Source: Patescibacteria group bacterium
GTDB taxonomy: Bacteria > Patescibacteriota > Patescibacteriia > Veblenbacterales > UBA10138
Assembly: GCA_041645215.1 (NCBI GenBank)
Contig: JBAZQK010000006.1
Span: forward strand, 12,116-76,115
Direction: 5' to 3'
DNA length: 64,000 bases
Shown: one piece after another, positions 36,631 through 45,848 of the stretch
How the letters are laid out: the number at the start of each line of letters is the position of its first letter
Position numbering within the stretch: position 1 is the first letter of the stretch
The notes under the pieces: model-generated
What the model was told of the DNA's origin: nothing
Seen by the model: only the letters and a program-made list of their open reading frames with translations
Databases searched by the model: none
Translations under genes and position numbers: made by a program

Positions 36631-38094
36631 ATGAAACTTTATTATATTCAAAGAAAATCCAGCATGTCTTCAATCTTATGGCTTTTGGGTTGTGGTTTAG
36701 GCATGACTCATTACCCAGTTAAGCAAGTTTATGCTGGGTATGATTTGGGTAACACTATTTGGCTGGGTCGTCGTGAGGAAGGGTTTCTGTGCGGCGATAA
36801 ATCTACTCATATTGATAAATTGGTTAGTTCATTTCAAAATTATGTTTTAAAGAATCCACGGCATGTATTTAATATAAAAAAAATATTTTTAAACAGGTCA
36901 CGTAAATTAGTTGGTTTAGTCAAACATTTAGCCAGTTTTGATTATACCGAGGCCAGCAACAGTCAATTGTATGATGATTATAAAAGAGTAGTGGATAGTT
37001 ATAAGGAAGTTTATACTTACGGTGAGCCGTTAGCCATTGCCTTGGGAAATTTTTCCGATAGGATAAAAAAACATTTTATACCCCAGGGCATGACCGATGC
37101 TGATTATGAAATTTTGCTCTTACCCCAGGAACTTTCTTTTGTGCAAAGAGAGAGGCTGGATTTATTGGAAATAGCTTGTCTGGTTAAAAATGGAAAAGTG
37201 GATAAAAAGATTAAACAATTATTACAAAGTCATGTGGCTAAGTATACTTGGTTGCCATATGATTATGGCGTTACCAGTTATAAAATTGACCATTTTATTA
37301 AAGAGCTGAAAAAACTGGTTAACAAGGGGCGGCGGCAAATTTTAGCAAATTATCGCCACCTTGCTAACTATTCTCGAAATTTACAAAAGCAGCAAAATAA
37401 CATAGCGGCTAAATATAAATTTAATAACAAGCAGCAAAGTTTAATTGAAATTGTTAGAACCACTTTTTATTTGGTTGATTATAAAAAAGAATTATTTACG
37501 CAACTTCATTGGTATTCAGAAAGATTATTTATAGAAGTAAGCCGCCGACTAAAAACGCCCCAGCATTTAGTAAGGTATATGTTGCCGTATGAAGTGAGTA
37601 TGTGTTTGCTAAAGGGAGTACCCGTAAAAAAACTGCAAATCCAATCGCGTTACAATAATTGTGTAATTACTATTAAAAAATCAGGAAGGGTGAACGTTAT
37701 TGATGGTAATAAAGCTAAATTGATAATTGATAACTTTATCAGTTCACATAAAAAGGGTGAAAAGCGGGATTATTTATCCGGGCGCGTTGGTAATTCAGGA
37801 AGCGCGCGTGGTTTGGTAAGAGTAATTATGGATGCCAGAAAAATAGATACTTTTAAACATGGGGAAATATTGGTAGCACCCATGACTTCACCCGATTATA
37901 TACTGGCCATACGCAAAGCGGCAGCGATAGTGACGGATGAAGGCGGTACAACCTGCCACGCCGCCATTGTCTCGCGAGAACTTAATATACCCTGCGTTAT
38001 TGCCACCAAGAAAGCCACCCAAGTCTTTAAGACTGGTGATATGGTGGAAGTAGATGCTACGCGTGGTATAGTAAGATTATTAAAATCATCTTAA
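36631..38094 (+). CDS. PEP-utilizing swivel-domain protein, paralog 5
   Basis: AAIVTDEGGTTCHAAIVSRELNIPCVIATKKATQVFKTGDMVEVDATRG. Confidence 0.75.
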   Translation: MKLYYIQRKSSMSSILWLLGCGLGMTHYPVKQVYAGYDLGNTIWLGRREEGFLCGDKSTHIDKLVSSFQNYVLKNPRHVFNIKKIFLNRSRKLVGLVKHLASFDYTEASNSQLYDDYKRVVDSYKEVYTYGEPLAIALGNFSDRIKKHFIPQGMTDADYEILLLPQELSFVQRERLDLLEIACLVKNGKVDKKIKQLLQSHVAKYTWLPYDYGVTSYKIDHFIKELKKLVNKGRRQILANYRHLANYSRNLQKQQNNIAAKYKFNNKQQSLIEIVRTTFYLVDYKKELFTQLHWYSERLFIEVSRRLKTPQHLVRYMLPYEVSMCLLKGVPVKKLQIQSRYNNCVITIKKSGRVNVIDGNKAKLIIDNFISSHKKGEKRDYLSGRVGNSGSARGLVRVIMDARKIDTFKHGEILVAPMTSPDYILAIRKAAAIVTDEGGTTCHAAIVSRELNIPCVIATKKATQVFKTGDMVEVDATRGIVRLLKSS

Positions 38095-38112
38095 TTATTA
38101 ATTGTTATTTAT

Positions 38113-39600
38113 ATGTCTGGAGCAGTCGCAAGATCAGGGCCTTGGCGGATTAAACCATCGGGTAAATTGCCAATTTTTTTACGTTTTATGATTAATTCCG
38201 GTTTTGACCATAAAATTTCTAATAAGGTTGGCTTTAAAAACCATATAGTTAATCGGGTGTATTTGAATCACATGATGTATTGGCCCGCTAAGGAATATAA
38301 TAAATTTGAAGCGGAAATCATTAACCATTTGAAGAAAAATGATGGCTGGATTGAAAAATATTGTGCTCGTGAACTAAAAAAATCAGAGCATCTTTATAAC
38401 TTGGGTTTACGTTTAAAAAAGGTTGATTGGTCCAGAAAAACTAACCAAGAAATGAGGATCATTCTCAATAGTATATTGGAAAAATATCGCGAGTTGGCCT
38501 GTCCATGGTATGCGCAATATTCTATTGATGTTTATTGCGAGGATGTTATTGAAGAAGAGTTACTAAAGTATATACCCGCTGGCCATCCGGATTTTAGAAA
38601 ACTGGTTTTGATATTTACTGACCCCAAGGCTATGACAGACGTAGCTGAGGAAAGGTGGAATTTAATGAAATTAGCAAAAAAGTTACAGAATAATAAGGAA
38701 AAGATGGATAAACTTTCTACGCAAGTTGTTAATCTTATAAATAAACATCTGGATAAATTTGCTTATATAAACAGAGGTTTAGCCACTAGTAAGCCATATA
38801 ATTTTAGAGATATGGTTAAGAGAATTAAAGAAGCCTGGGCGTCAAAAGAGACTTTAGACAGTTTAATTTATTATAGTTCACCCCAAAAAATAAAAAATGA
38901 TTACAAATGGGCTGTTAAACAAATAAACCCAAGTAAAAATTTTATTAAAATCATTAATCAGGCCAGATTGCACTCTTATACTAGAAATAGGCGCGTTGAA
39001 GCTTTCTTTTTGGCTGATTATGGCGCCAGCTTTATGTACCATGAAATAGCGAAAAGAAGCAAATTTAATCCTAATTGGATTATGGAAGTGTCGATTCCGG
39101 AGATGTATGGAGCTTTAAAGGGCGAACCATTGCCAAGTAAGGAAGAAATGAAAAAAAGATTTACTAATTACGCCATGATTGTAAAGAACGCCAAAACTAC
39201 CATGATAGTTGACCCCAAAAAAATAAAGCAATTGGAAAGAAAATATTATGTTAATGTTAAATCAGCTGATCAAGTGGTGGGGCGTATGGCATGTATTGGT
39301 GGAATTATTAAAGGCCGGGCCAAGGTTTGTTTGGACAAATCGGAGATTGGAAAGGTTAAACGTGGAGATATACTAGTAGCCCAATTTACTACACCCGATT
39401 TTGTACCGGCCATGGAAAAAGCGGCTGCTATAGTTGCTGACCAAGGCGGTTTATCTTCTCATGCCGCTATAGTATCAAGGGAACTGGGCGTACCTTGTGT
39501 AATTGCCACGGATAATGGTACTAGAGTGATAAAAGATAATGATTTGTTGGAGGTTGATGCCCGTAATGGCATTGTTAAGATAATCAAAAGAGCTAAATGA
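38113..39600 (+). CDS. PEP-utilizing swivel-domain protein, paralog 6
   Basis: AAIVADQGGLSSHAAIVSRELGVPCVIATDNGTRVIKDNDLLEVDARNG. Confidence 0.75.
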   Translation: MSGAVARSGPWRIKPSGKLPIFLRFMINSGFDHKISNKVGFKNHIVNRVYLNHMMYWPAKEYNKFEAEIINHLKKNDGWIEKYCARELKKSEHLYNLGLRLKKVDWSRKTNQEMRIILNSILEKYRELACPWYAQYSIDVYCEDVIEEELLKYIPAGHPDFRKLVLIFTDPKAMTDVAEERWNLMKLAKKLQNNKEKMDKLSTQVVNLINKHLDKFAYINRGLATSKPYNFRDMVKRIKEAWASKETLDSLIYYSSPQKIKNDYKWAVKQINPSKNFIKIINQARLHSYTRNRRVEAFFLADYGASFMYHEIAKRSKFNPNWIMEVSIPEMYGALKGEPLPSKEEMKKRFTNYAMIVKNAKTTMIVDPKKIKQLERKYYVNVKSADQVVGRMACIGGIIKGRAKVCLDKSEIGKVKRGDILVAQFTTPDFVPAMEKAAAIVADQGGLSSHAAIVSRELGVPCVIATDNGTRVIKDNDLLEVDARNGIVKIIKRAK

Positions 39601-40205
39601 TCAAAGCAATTTTCTTTGATTCCGGTGACGTTATAGTAAGGGAAGGATTCAATCCCGGTATAGTTGAATATGAAAAAAAATATAGTTTGCTGCCAGGATC
39701 TCTATACAAATCTGCACACGACAGGCAATATTGGAAAGATTTTACCTTGGGTAATATATCCGAAAATGAATACTTTGCGGATGTAGCAGACGATTACAAA
39801 AAAGCAAAAATTGATACCACAGATTTTAAAAAGATTATCCAGGATAATTTTAAATTAAATGAAGAATTGTTAGATTTTTTAATGACAATTAAAAATAAAT
39901 TTATTTTAGGAGTAATCTCTAATCATCCCAAGGAATTTTTTGAATGGTGCAGACAATATTTTGGTTGGGATAAGATTTTTACCGTTTATGCGGTATCTGG
40001 TGATTTGCATGTTAGAAAACCCGATAAGAGAATATTTGATTATGCTGTTAAAAAAGCTGGTGTGGCAGGTGGCGAATGTATCTATGTTGACAATCGCTCG
40101 GACAGAATAGAGGGTGCACAGTTAGCTGGTATGCAGGTAATTATTTATCAGAATATCAATCAATTAAAAACTGATCTATCTAATTTTATTAATGTAACCG
40201 ATTAA
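39597..40205 (+). CDS. HAD-superfamily hydrolase (putative phosphatase)
   Basis: IFFDSGDVIV (motif I region), LGVISN (II), VRKPDKRIFDYA (III), CIYVDNRSDRIEGAQLAGM (IV). ATGA overlap with paralog 6. Confidence 0.6.
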   Translation: MIKAIFFDSGDVIVREGFNPGIVEYEKKYSLLPGSLYKSAHDRQYWKDFTLGNISENEYFADVADDYKKAKIDTTDFKKIIQDNFKLNEELLDFLMTIKNKFILGVISNHPKEFFEWCRQYFGWDKIFTVYAVSGDLHVRKPDKRIFDYAVKKAGVAGGECIYVDNRSDRIEGAQLAGMQVIIYQNINQLKTDLSNFINVTD

Positions 40206-40208
40206 TTT

Positions 40209-41204
40209 ATGTTAAAAGAAAACAATTACGAAACTCATGAAAAGATGATGGCCACTACTTATATAGATTTAACCAGACATGGTAACCGATATGGCGGGCC
40301 GATGGAAATTACTTTTTACGACGGCAGCAAAATTAAATTTGATGATTCTACTGACCTTACCGAAGAAGGTCGAAAAGATGCTGTAAATTTTGGTGCCGAA
40401 GGAATTCCACCCGAAGTTACATTAGTACATTTACGTGGTGGTGACGAGCCAAGACACGGTCAAACTGGCGATGATATAGTAAAGGGAAGTGAAAAATTTG
40501 GAATACACAAAGAGGGGGAGGAGCCGTCGCCAGTTAGAGACAAGGCCGGTCGGGTAAAGGGAGCGAGACGAGGGCAAGGGGTTGATTATGCTAGTTCTGG
40601 TTTAATGCCATTTCTCAAACCATTTAAGCAAATGATAAATGATGAACTTAATAAGATAGTTTCTACTTTATCTCCAGAGGAGCAAGAGAAATTAAAAACC
40701 AATCCGGAACTTAGAGCCAAATATCGTGAGCAAGCACAAGTTTTCGGCCTTAAAGCTGCTATTAATGACCCAAAATTGGCTGAAATAGCTGCCGAGAATG
40801 AGGCTAATGAGTTGCTTCATGTTGTTGAGTTGTCGCGCAGGGGGGTGAAAGCTGGTGAAATTAAATCAATCCCTATAGTTGGTAGTGGTCTTTTTGCCGA
40901 ATCTTTGTTAAAACACGCTTTGGTGGTGGAGGATTTAGAAACCGCTAATAAAAAGACTGGATTTGAGTCGGTTGATGAAATTGGTGGATTTACTAAACAA
41001 GCCACTTCTTTTAGGATAAAACTTATGCGAGATGCGGAGTTGGGTGACGCGCGTAATATGGAAGATTTTAATAAAGATACCAAAGTTGAATACGAATTTA
41101 CTGACCCAGAAAGAAAGAAGTTGTTTGGCGGCAAAAAAGTATCTTTGGACTGGAATATTGTTAATGAATTGGCAAATAAGTTTAGGTTTAAGCGCCAAGG
41201 TTAA
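40209..41204 (+). CDS. Hypothetical protein; possible histidine-phosphatase-superfamily domain at N-terminus
   Basis: IDLTRHGNRYGGP...DLTEEGRKDAVNFG resembles the RHG...LTxxGxxxA signature of PGM/SixA-like phosphatases. The rest is uncharacterised. Confidence 0.3.
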   Translation: MLKENNYETHEKMMATTYIDLTRHGNRYGGPMEITFYDGSKIKFDDSTDLTEEGRKDAVNFGAEGIPPEVTLVHLRGGDEPRHGQTGDDIVKGSEKFGIHKEGEEPSPVRDKAGRVKGARRGQGVDYASSGLMPFLKPFKQMINDELNKIVSTLSPEEQEKLKTNPELRAKYREQAQVFGLKAAINDPKLAEIAAENEANELLHVVELSRRGVKAGEIKSIPIVGSGLFAESLLKHALVVEDLETANKKTGFESVDEIGGFTKQATSFRIKLMRDAELGDARNMEDFNKDTKVEYEFTDPERKKLFGGKKVSLDWNIVNELANKFRFKRQG

Positions 41205-41210
41205 CGAAAA

Positions 41211-42041
41211 ATGAATAATTTACCAAAATTAAAAATAGTGTCAATAACTAAATTGTGTTTACATGAAACTGTAGACCCAAAGCGTGTTTTGAAATTAAAA
41301 AAAATAATTAAAAAAGCTCACCTTTTTACCAATCCGCCAATTGTAAGTTATATACCAGCGATGGATAAATATTTAGTATTAGATGGTGCTAACCGTACTA
41401 CTACGCTTAAAGAATTGAATTTTAAATATATTTTAGTGCAATTAGTGGAATATAAAGACAGTGTTGTTGATTTATTAACTTGGAACCATTTTGTGTCCCA
41501 AATTAGTTTGCAAAGAGTTATTGATTTATTTAAAGGCTATAATAAAAAACTTAATATATTAAAGGTTAAATCTTCACAATCTGCTAAAAATTTGTTAGAC
41601 ACTAAACCAGGTGTAGTTTATATAACAGATGGCAAATTACATTATGTAATTAATAACTTTAAAGATTTTAAGGATGAAATTGCAATTTTGAATTTTGCAG
41701 TAAATATTTACAAAGGTAAACATAATTTTAATCGGATATTGGGTGATAATTATAAAATTTTAAAAAAGGAATACCCGAAAAATAAAGTACTGTTTGTATA
41801 TAAAAAACTACTTCAGCAAGATATTATAAAAGTGGTTAGAGCCGGACTCTATGTCCCGAGTGGTATATCGAGACATATAATTCAAGGTCGCGCTTTAAGA
41901 GTAGATATACCGATTGTTTGGCTAAAAGGTGCGGCCTCTTTGTTGTCATCTAATAAGAAGCTAAAAAAGTTAATTAACTCCCGACTTTCTTTGGGACAAA
42001 TTAGATATTACAGTGAGCCAACTTTTATTTTTAATGATTAG
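41211..42041 (+). CDS. ParB/Sulfiredoxin-like domain protein
   Basis: IVSITKLCLHETVDPKRVLKLKKII...PPIVSYIPAMDKYLVLDGANRTTTLKELN fits the ParB N-terminal/Srx fold pattern (hhDG.hR...L). Confidence 0.4.
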   Translation: MNNLPKLKIVSITKLCLHETVDPKRVLKLKKIIKKAHLFTNPPIVSYIPAMDKYLVLDGANRTTTLKELNFKYILVQLVEYKDSVVDLLTWNHFVSQISLQRVIDLFKGYNKKLNILKVKSSQSAKNLLDTKPGVVYITDGKLHYVINNFKDFKDEIAILNFAVNIYKGKHNFNRILGDNYKILKKEYPKNKVLFVYKKLLQQDIIKVVRAGLYVPSGISRHIIQGRALRVDIPIVWLKGAASLLSSNKKLKKLINSRLSLGQIRYYSEPTFIFND

Positions 42042-42046
42042 ATTTT

Positions 42047-43534
42047 ATGGCAAAAATTCCTAGTTGGCAATATTATTTTGCACGTAAATTTTCCTTACAG
42101 CGTTTTGAGATTATATCACGGGTTTTTTATTCGCCCTTTTATTTTAAGCATTTTAAAGTTAATTTAAAAAATATTTTGGTCAAACCAGGCCAAAGTCATA
42201 ATTATGAAATTTGGTTAGACAGAGATGAATATAAAATAGCCGTTAATAGAGTATATAAAACAGTCTGTAAGAATTATCATACCTATAAATATTATCGTAA
42301 AATTTTTATACAGACTCAACTTAGATTTCTTAAGGTGGCGATGATGGTGGCTCGCCAAACAAACAATAGATTAACTAATAAAGAATTGGGTAAATTATAT
42401 AGGTTGTTTACTCGCCACCTACAGAAGCTTAATAGTAAGCCAATTATAGTAGTGTTTATGATTGAACCGTTGGTTAGTTCAGCTGCGGTAATGATTTTGA
42501 CGGATATTCTCAAACGAAATAGTAAAATGAATGAGTATGATAATGGTCTTTCTATAATATTTTCACCTGATACTAAAACAGCCGTACCGCAGATGCGGCA
42601 GGCGTTGTTAAAAATTGCCTTAGGAGTTAAAACTGGTAGGTTAAATAAAACAAAGACAAGATATTTGCTTAATAGAGTCGTGAAGCAATATAATTTTTTG
42701 CCATGTTACGATATTATTGATAAGCCATGGGATTATGATTATTTTAAAAACGAGTTAAAGGGAATACTTAAAAGAACTGTAGTGGAATTAAAAAGCGAAT
42801 TAAAAGATATGAACATAGTGTGGCGTCAACGTAAAAATAATTTTAAAGCTTTTTTATCAAGATATGACATTAGCCAATCGGAAGAAGATATTTTAAGAAT
42901 TGCACACGATTTAGTTTTTATAAAAGACGAGAGAGATGATTATCGGCGTCGCGGTGGTTACTATGGTCGAAGACTTTTTGCCGAGATTGGCCAAAGATTA
43001 GACGTAGATTTACGCGCAGCTTGTTATTTAACTGTAGACGAAACAGAAGGTTTTTTATTTAGAGATATTAAACCATCTCGTGAGTTACTAAAAGAAAGGC
43101 AGACAACTTATTTATTATTACGTAAGTTAGGATCTCCTACTGCAGTAGCAAGTGGAGGTCAGATAAAAGCAATTATAAAAAATGAACATTTTCTATCATT
43201 AGATCAGTCTAAAGTTGATGAAATAACTGGTGTAGCAGGTTCTGTTGGTATGGCTAGAGGTTCAGTTATTATTGTTAATACTAAACATGATTTACGACGT
43301 GTCTTGCCTGGTTCAATTATGATAGCAGTTACTACCAGTCCGGATTATGTACCCGTTATGAGATTGTGTAAGGCGATTGTAACTAACGAAGGTGGAATAA
43401 CCTCTCACGCCGCCATAGTTTGTCGAGAATTAAGAATACCATGTATAGTTGGTACTAAAATAGCAACCAGAATATTCAAAGATGGCGATTTAGTAGAGGT
43501 TGACACCAAGAGGGGAATAGTGAGAAAATTGTAA
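42047..43534 (+). CDS. PEP-utilizing swivel-domain protein, paralog 7
   Basis: KAIVTNEGGITSHAAIVCRELRIPCIVGTKIATRIFKDGDLVEVDTKRG. Confidence 0.75.
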   Translation: MAKIPSWQYYFARKFSLQRFEIISRVFYSPFYFKHFKVNLKNILVKPGQSHNYEIWLDRDEYKIAVNRVYKTVCKNYHTYKYYRKIFIQTQLRFLKVAMMVARQTNNRLTNKELGKLYRLFTRHLQKLNSKPIIVVFMIEPLVSSAAVMILTDILKRNSKMNEYDNGLSIIFSPDTKTAVPQMRQALLKIALGVKTGRLNKTKTRYLLNRVVKQYNFLPCYDIIDKPWDYDYFKNELKGILKRTVVELKSELKDMNIVWRQRKNNFKAFLSRYDISQSEEDILRIAHDLVFIKDERDDYRRRGGYYGRRLFAEIGQRLDVDLRAACYLTVDETEGFLFRDIKPSRELLKERQTTYLLLRKLGSPTAVASGGQIKAIIKNEHFLSLDQSKVDEITGVAGSVGMARGSVIIVNTKHDLRRVLPGSIMIAVTTSPDYVPVMRLCKAIVTNEGGITSHAAIVCRELRIPCIVGTKIATRIFKDGDLVEVDTKRGIVRKL

Positions 43535-43560
43535 GACTACTGAATTTTTATATTTTTAAT

Positions 43561-44397
43561 ATGTTTAATAAGATAAGTTTTATTCAACAATTATTTCTAA
43601 ACCAAGCCAAACAGGGGAAACGACGTAAAATAGCCATTGGTATTTGGCGGCCGGAACAGGCAGTAGTAGACGGTTTAAAAGCCGCTACTGATTATGCGGA
43701 TTTAACAGTGGTTGGCTGTGATATACCTGGTCTTGATTGTATACCAACTGTTAACGATGATGAGGCTAGCCGCAAAATAATTGAATTGTTAAGGACAAGC
43801 AAGGTTGAAGGCTTTGTTAGGGCTCAACTCAAAGATTCCTACACTCACAAGGTATATTTAGAAACCTTTAAAAAAGAAGAACCTAAATTTAAATTCTGTC
43901 CATTTACCATAACTAATGATGATTATTGGTTTACCATTTCCAGTCCGTCTAATTATAACTCTTTAACTTTGGAAGCAAAACTAGCGGAGGCTGAGAGGGC
44001 CGCTAAATGGCTTAGTGATTTAGGTATAAAGCCAAAAATTGGTGTTACCAGTACTAGGCGTTTATCCGGGCGAGTTGGTGAATTTGGTTTACTGGAGGAA
44101 ATTGCTGAGAACTGTGAAAAAACCACTAAGCATTTAACTGATATGGGTTTTGAAGTAAAGGAATATTATATTGAGTACGAACGAGCCGTGTGGGAAGGGT
44201 GTAATTTAATAATTCCGTCAACTGGAATGATTGGCAATACCTGGTCTAAGGGTTTAACTTTTCTTGGCGGTTGGACTAATGTGTGCTGTCCTATGTTAGA
44301 TGAAGGTGTGTATTATGATGATACAGCTCGTAATCATGTAAATTGGTTTTGGCCTATTATCTCAACAGTTGCTTGGATAAATAGGGAAAAATCGTAG
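43561..44397 (+). CDS. Hypothetical protein (weak resemblance to phosphate acyl/acetyltransferase PTA/PlsX fold)
   Basis: KRRKIAIGIWRPEQAVVDGLKAATDYADLTVVG loosely matches the PTA_PTB N-terminal pattern. Low confidence. Confidence 0.25.
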   Translation: MFNKISFIQQLFLNQAKQGKRRKIAIGIWRPEQAVVDGLKAATDYADLTVVGCDIPGLDCIPTVNDDEASRKIIELLRTSKVEGFVRAQLKDSYTHKVYLETFKKEEPKFKFCPFTITNDDYWFTISSPSNYNSLTLEAKLAEAERAAKWLSDLGIKPKIGVTSTRRLSGRVGEFGLLEEIAENCEKTTKHLTDMGFEVKEYYIEYERAVWEGCNLIIPSTGMIGNTWSKGLTFLGGWTNVCCPMLDEGVYYDDTARNHVNWFWPIISTVAWINREKS

Positions 44398-44478
44398 GTT
44401 GACATATTTAATGTTTTGTATTACTATTAACAGTTAAATAAATCTAAACAAAAAAGCAAAAGGAGGAGAAAGATAATT

Positions 44479-45777
44479 ATGGAGATGAAAAAAGAATTAT
44501 CAGAATCTACAGAGAACCTTGAAAACAAGGAACGTTTTAAGTTGGCCGCTAAAAATATCATTGACTGTTTTTCCTTTAATCCGGAAAAAGAAAGTTTGCT
44601 GGTTATAACTGATGGCAAGGTTATTGAAACTAATAATGATTTTATAGAAGCCATATCAGGTGAATTAAATTTACGTACGCAGGATAAACAACGTACTAAG
44701 GGCAATTGGGAGATGGTGGTTGTACCGGCATCACCTAAATCTGCTACGCCGCTGGGCGAAATGATTGGCGAAAAAATGAAAAATCGTCCGGTGTTAATAG
44801 TAACCTCAATGTCACGTTCTCATTCTAAAGAAACAGGAGCTGCCTTTAGAGGTGATATATCAGATAAGTCGGTATTTGATGAAATTATTGCCAGCAAAAC
44901 TTTTCGTAATACAGTAGCCAATGGTTATTCGGCATATACTCCGGAAAGGTTAGAAACTATTGGTAATAAATTACCTGATTCCACCTACGAAAAAATGAAA
45001 CTGTTTGCTAAAAACAATCGCAGCCGAATCATTTCTATTACTAAGGGTCATAATCCTTATGAGATATTAACTCGTGGCGCGGTAGAGGAGCCGGTGGAAA
45101 ATCTTAAGGAAAGAGCCAGTAAAGTAAATGAAATCATGAAAGACGTTGTGAGGGTTCATATTACTTCGTCCTTGGGAACAGATATTTGGTTAAGCCTCAG
45201 CACTGATTTAAAAGAAGTTGAAGATGGTAACTTGGGTAAGCCGGGTAGTTTATCTAATTACCCAATAGGTGAGTGGTCGTGTTCGCCTGATTGGAAAGAT
45301 TCTGATGGTGTATTGGTAATTGATGGTCCGTGCGGAGGTAACATTAACCAAGATATTATTGATCAAAGTAGTCCATTTATTTTGACTTTTAAAAACGGCG
45401 AGGTAATTGATATTAAAGGTGAAGGCCAGGCGTTAGAAATGTGGAAAAATTATCTTGATAGTGGCAACAACGAAAAGAATCAGGCTTACAAACTAGCTGA
45501 ATTTGCGGTAGGGACTAACACCAAGGCGCTTAAAGATAAACCGCGTGAATTTTGGGGATCCTCAGAAGGAGAAAAAGTCTATGGTACGGCCCATATAGCC
45601 GTTGGCAGTAATGGTTCTTTCGGGCGTACACCAGATGATCCTAATTATAATTCAGCGGCGGTACATTGTGATATGGTTCTGGGTTTGCACAAAAAAAATC
45701 GCGTGACAGTTGAATGTCAGAAAAAAGATGGAGCCAAATTCGTTTTGATTGATAATGGTGAGCCAAAAGAATATTAA
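44479..45777 (+). CDS. Putative M29-family (aminopeptidase T/AmpS-like) aminopeptidase
   Basis: Length ~430 aa. The C-terminal GTAHIAVGSN... block resembles the conserved HIAxG region of M29 peptidases. Confidence 0.35.
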   Translation: MEMKKELSESTENLENKERFKLAAKNIIDCFSFNPEKESLLVITDGKVIETNNDFIEAISGELNLRTQDKQRTKGNWEMVVVPASPKSATPLGEMIGEKMKNRPVLIVTSMSRSHSKETGAAFRGDISDKSVFDEIIASKTFRNTVANGYSAYTPERLETIGNKLPDSTYEKMKLFAKNNRSRIISITKGHNPYEILTRGAVEEPVENLKERASKVNEIMKDVVRVHITSSLGTDIWLSLSTDLKEVEDGNLGKPGSLSNYPIGEWSCSPDWKDSDGVLVIDGPCGGNINQDIIDQSSPFILTFKNGEVIDIKGEGQALEMWKNYLDSGNNEKNQAYKLAEFAVGTNTKALKDKPREFWGSSEGEKVYGTAHIAVGSNGSFGRTPDDPNYNSAAVHCDMVLGLHKKNRVTVECQKKDGAKFVLIDNGEPKEY

Positions 45778-45848
45778 TTATTTCTTCATATTTTAAAATA
45801 TCCCTGATTATGTATAATGTAGTCAGGGATTAATTTTTATTAATCATT

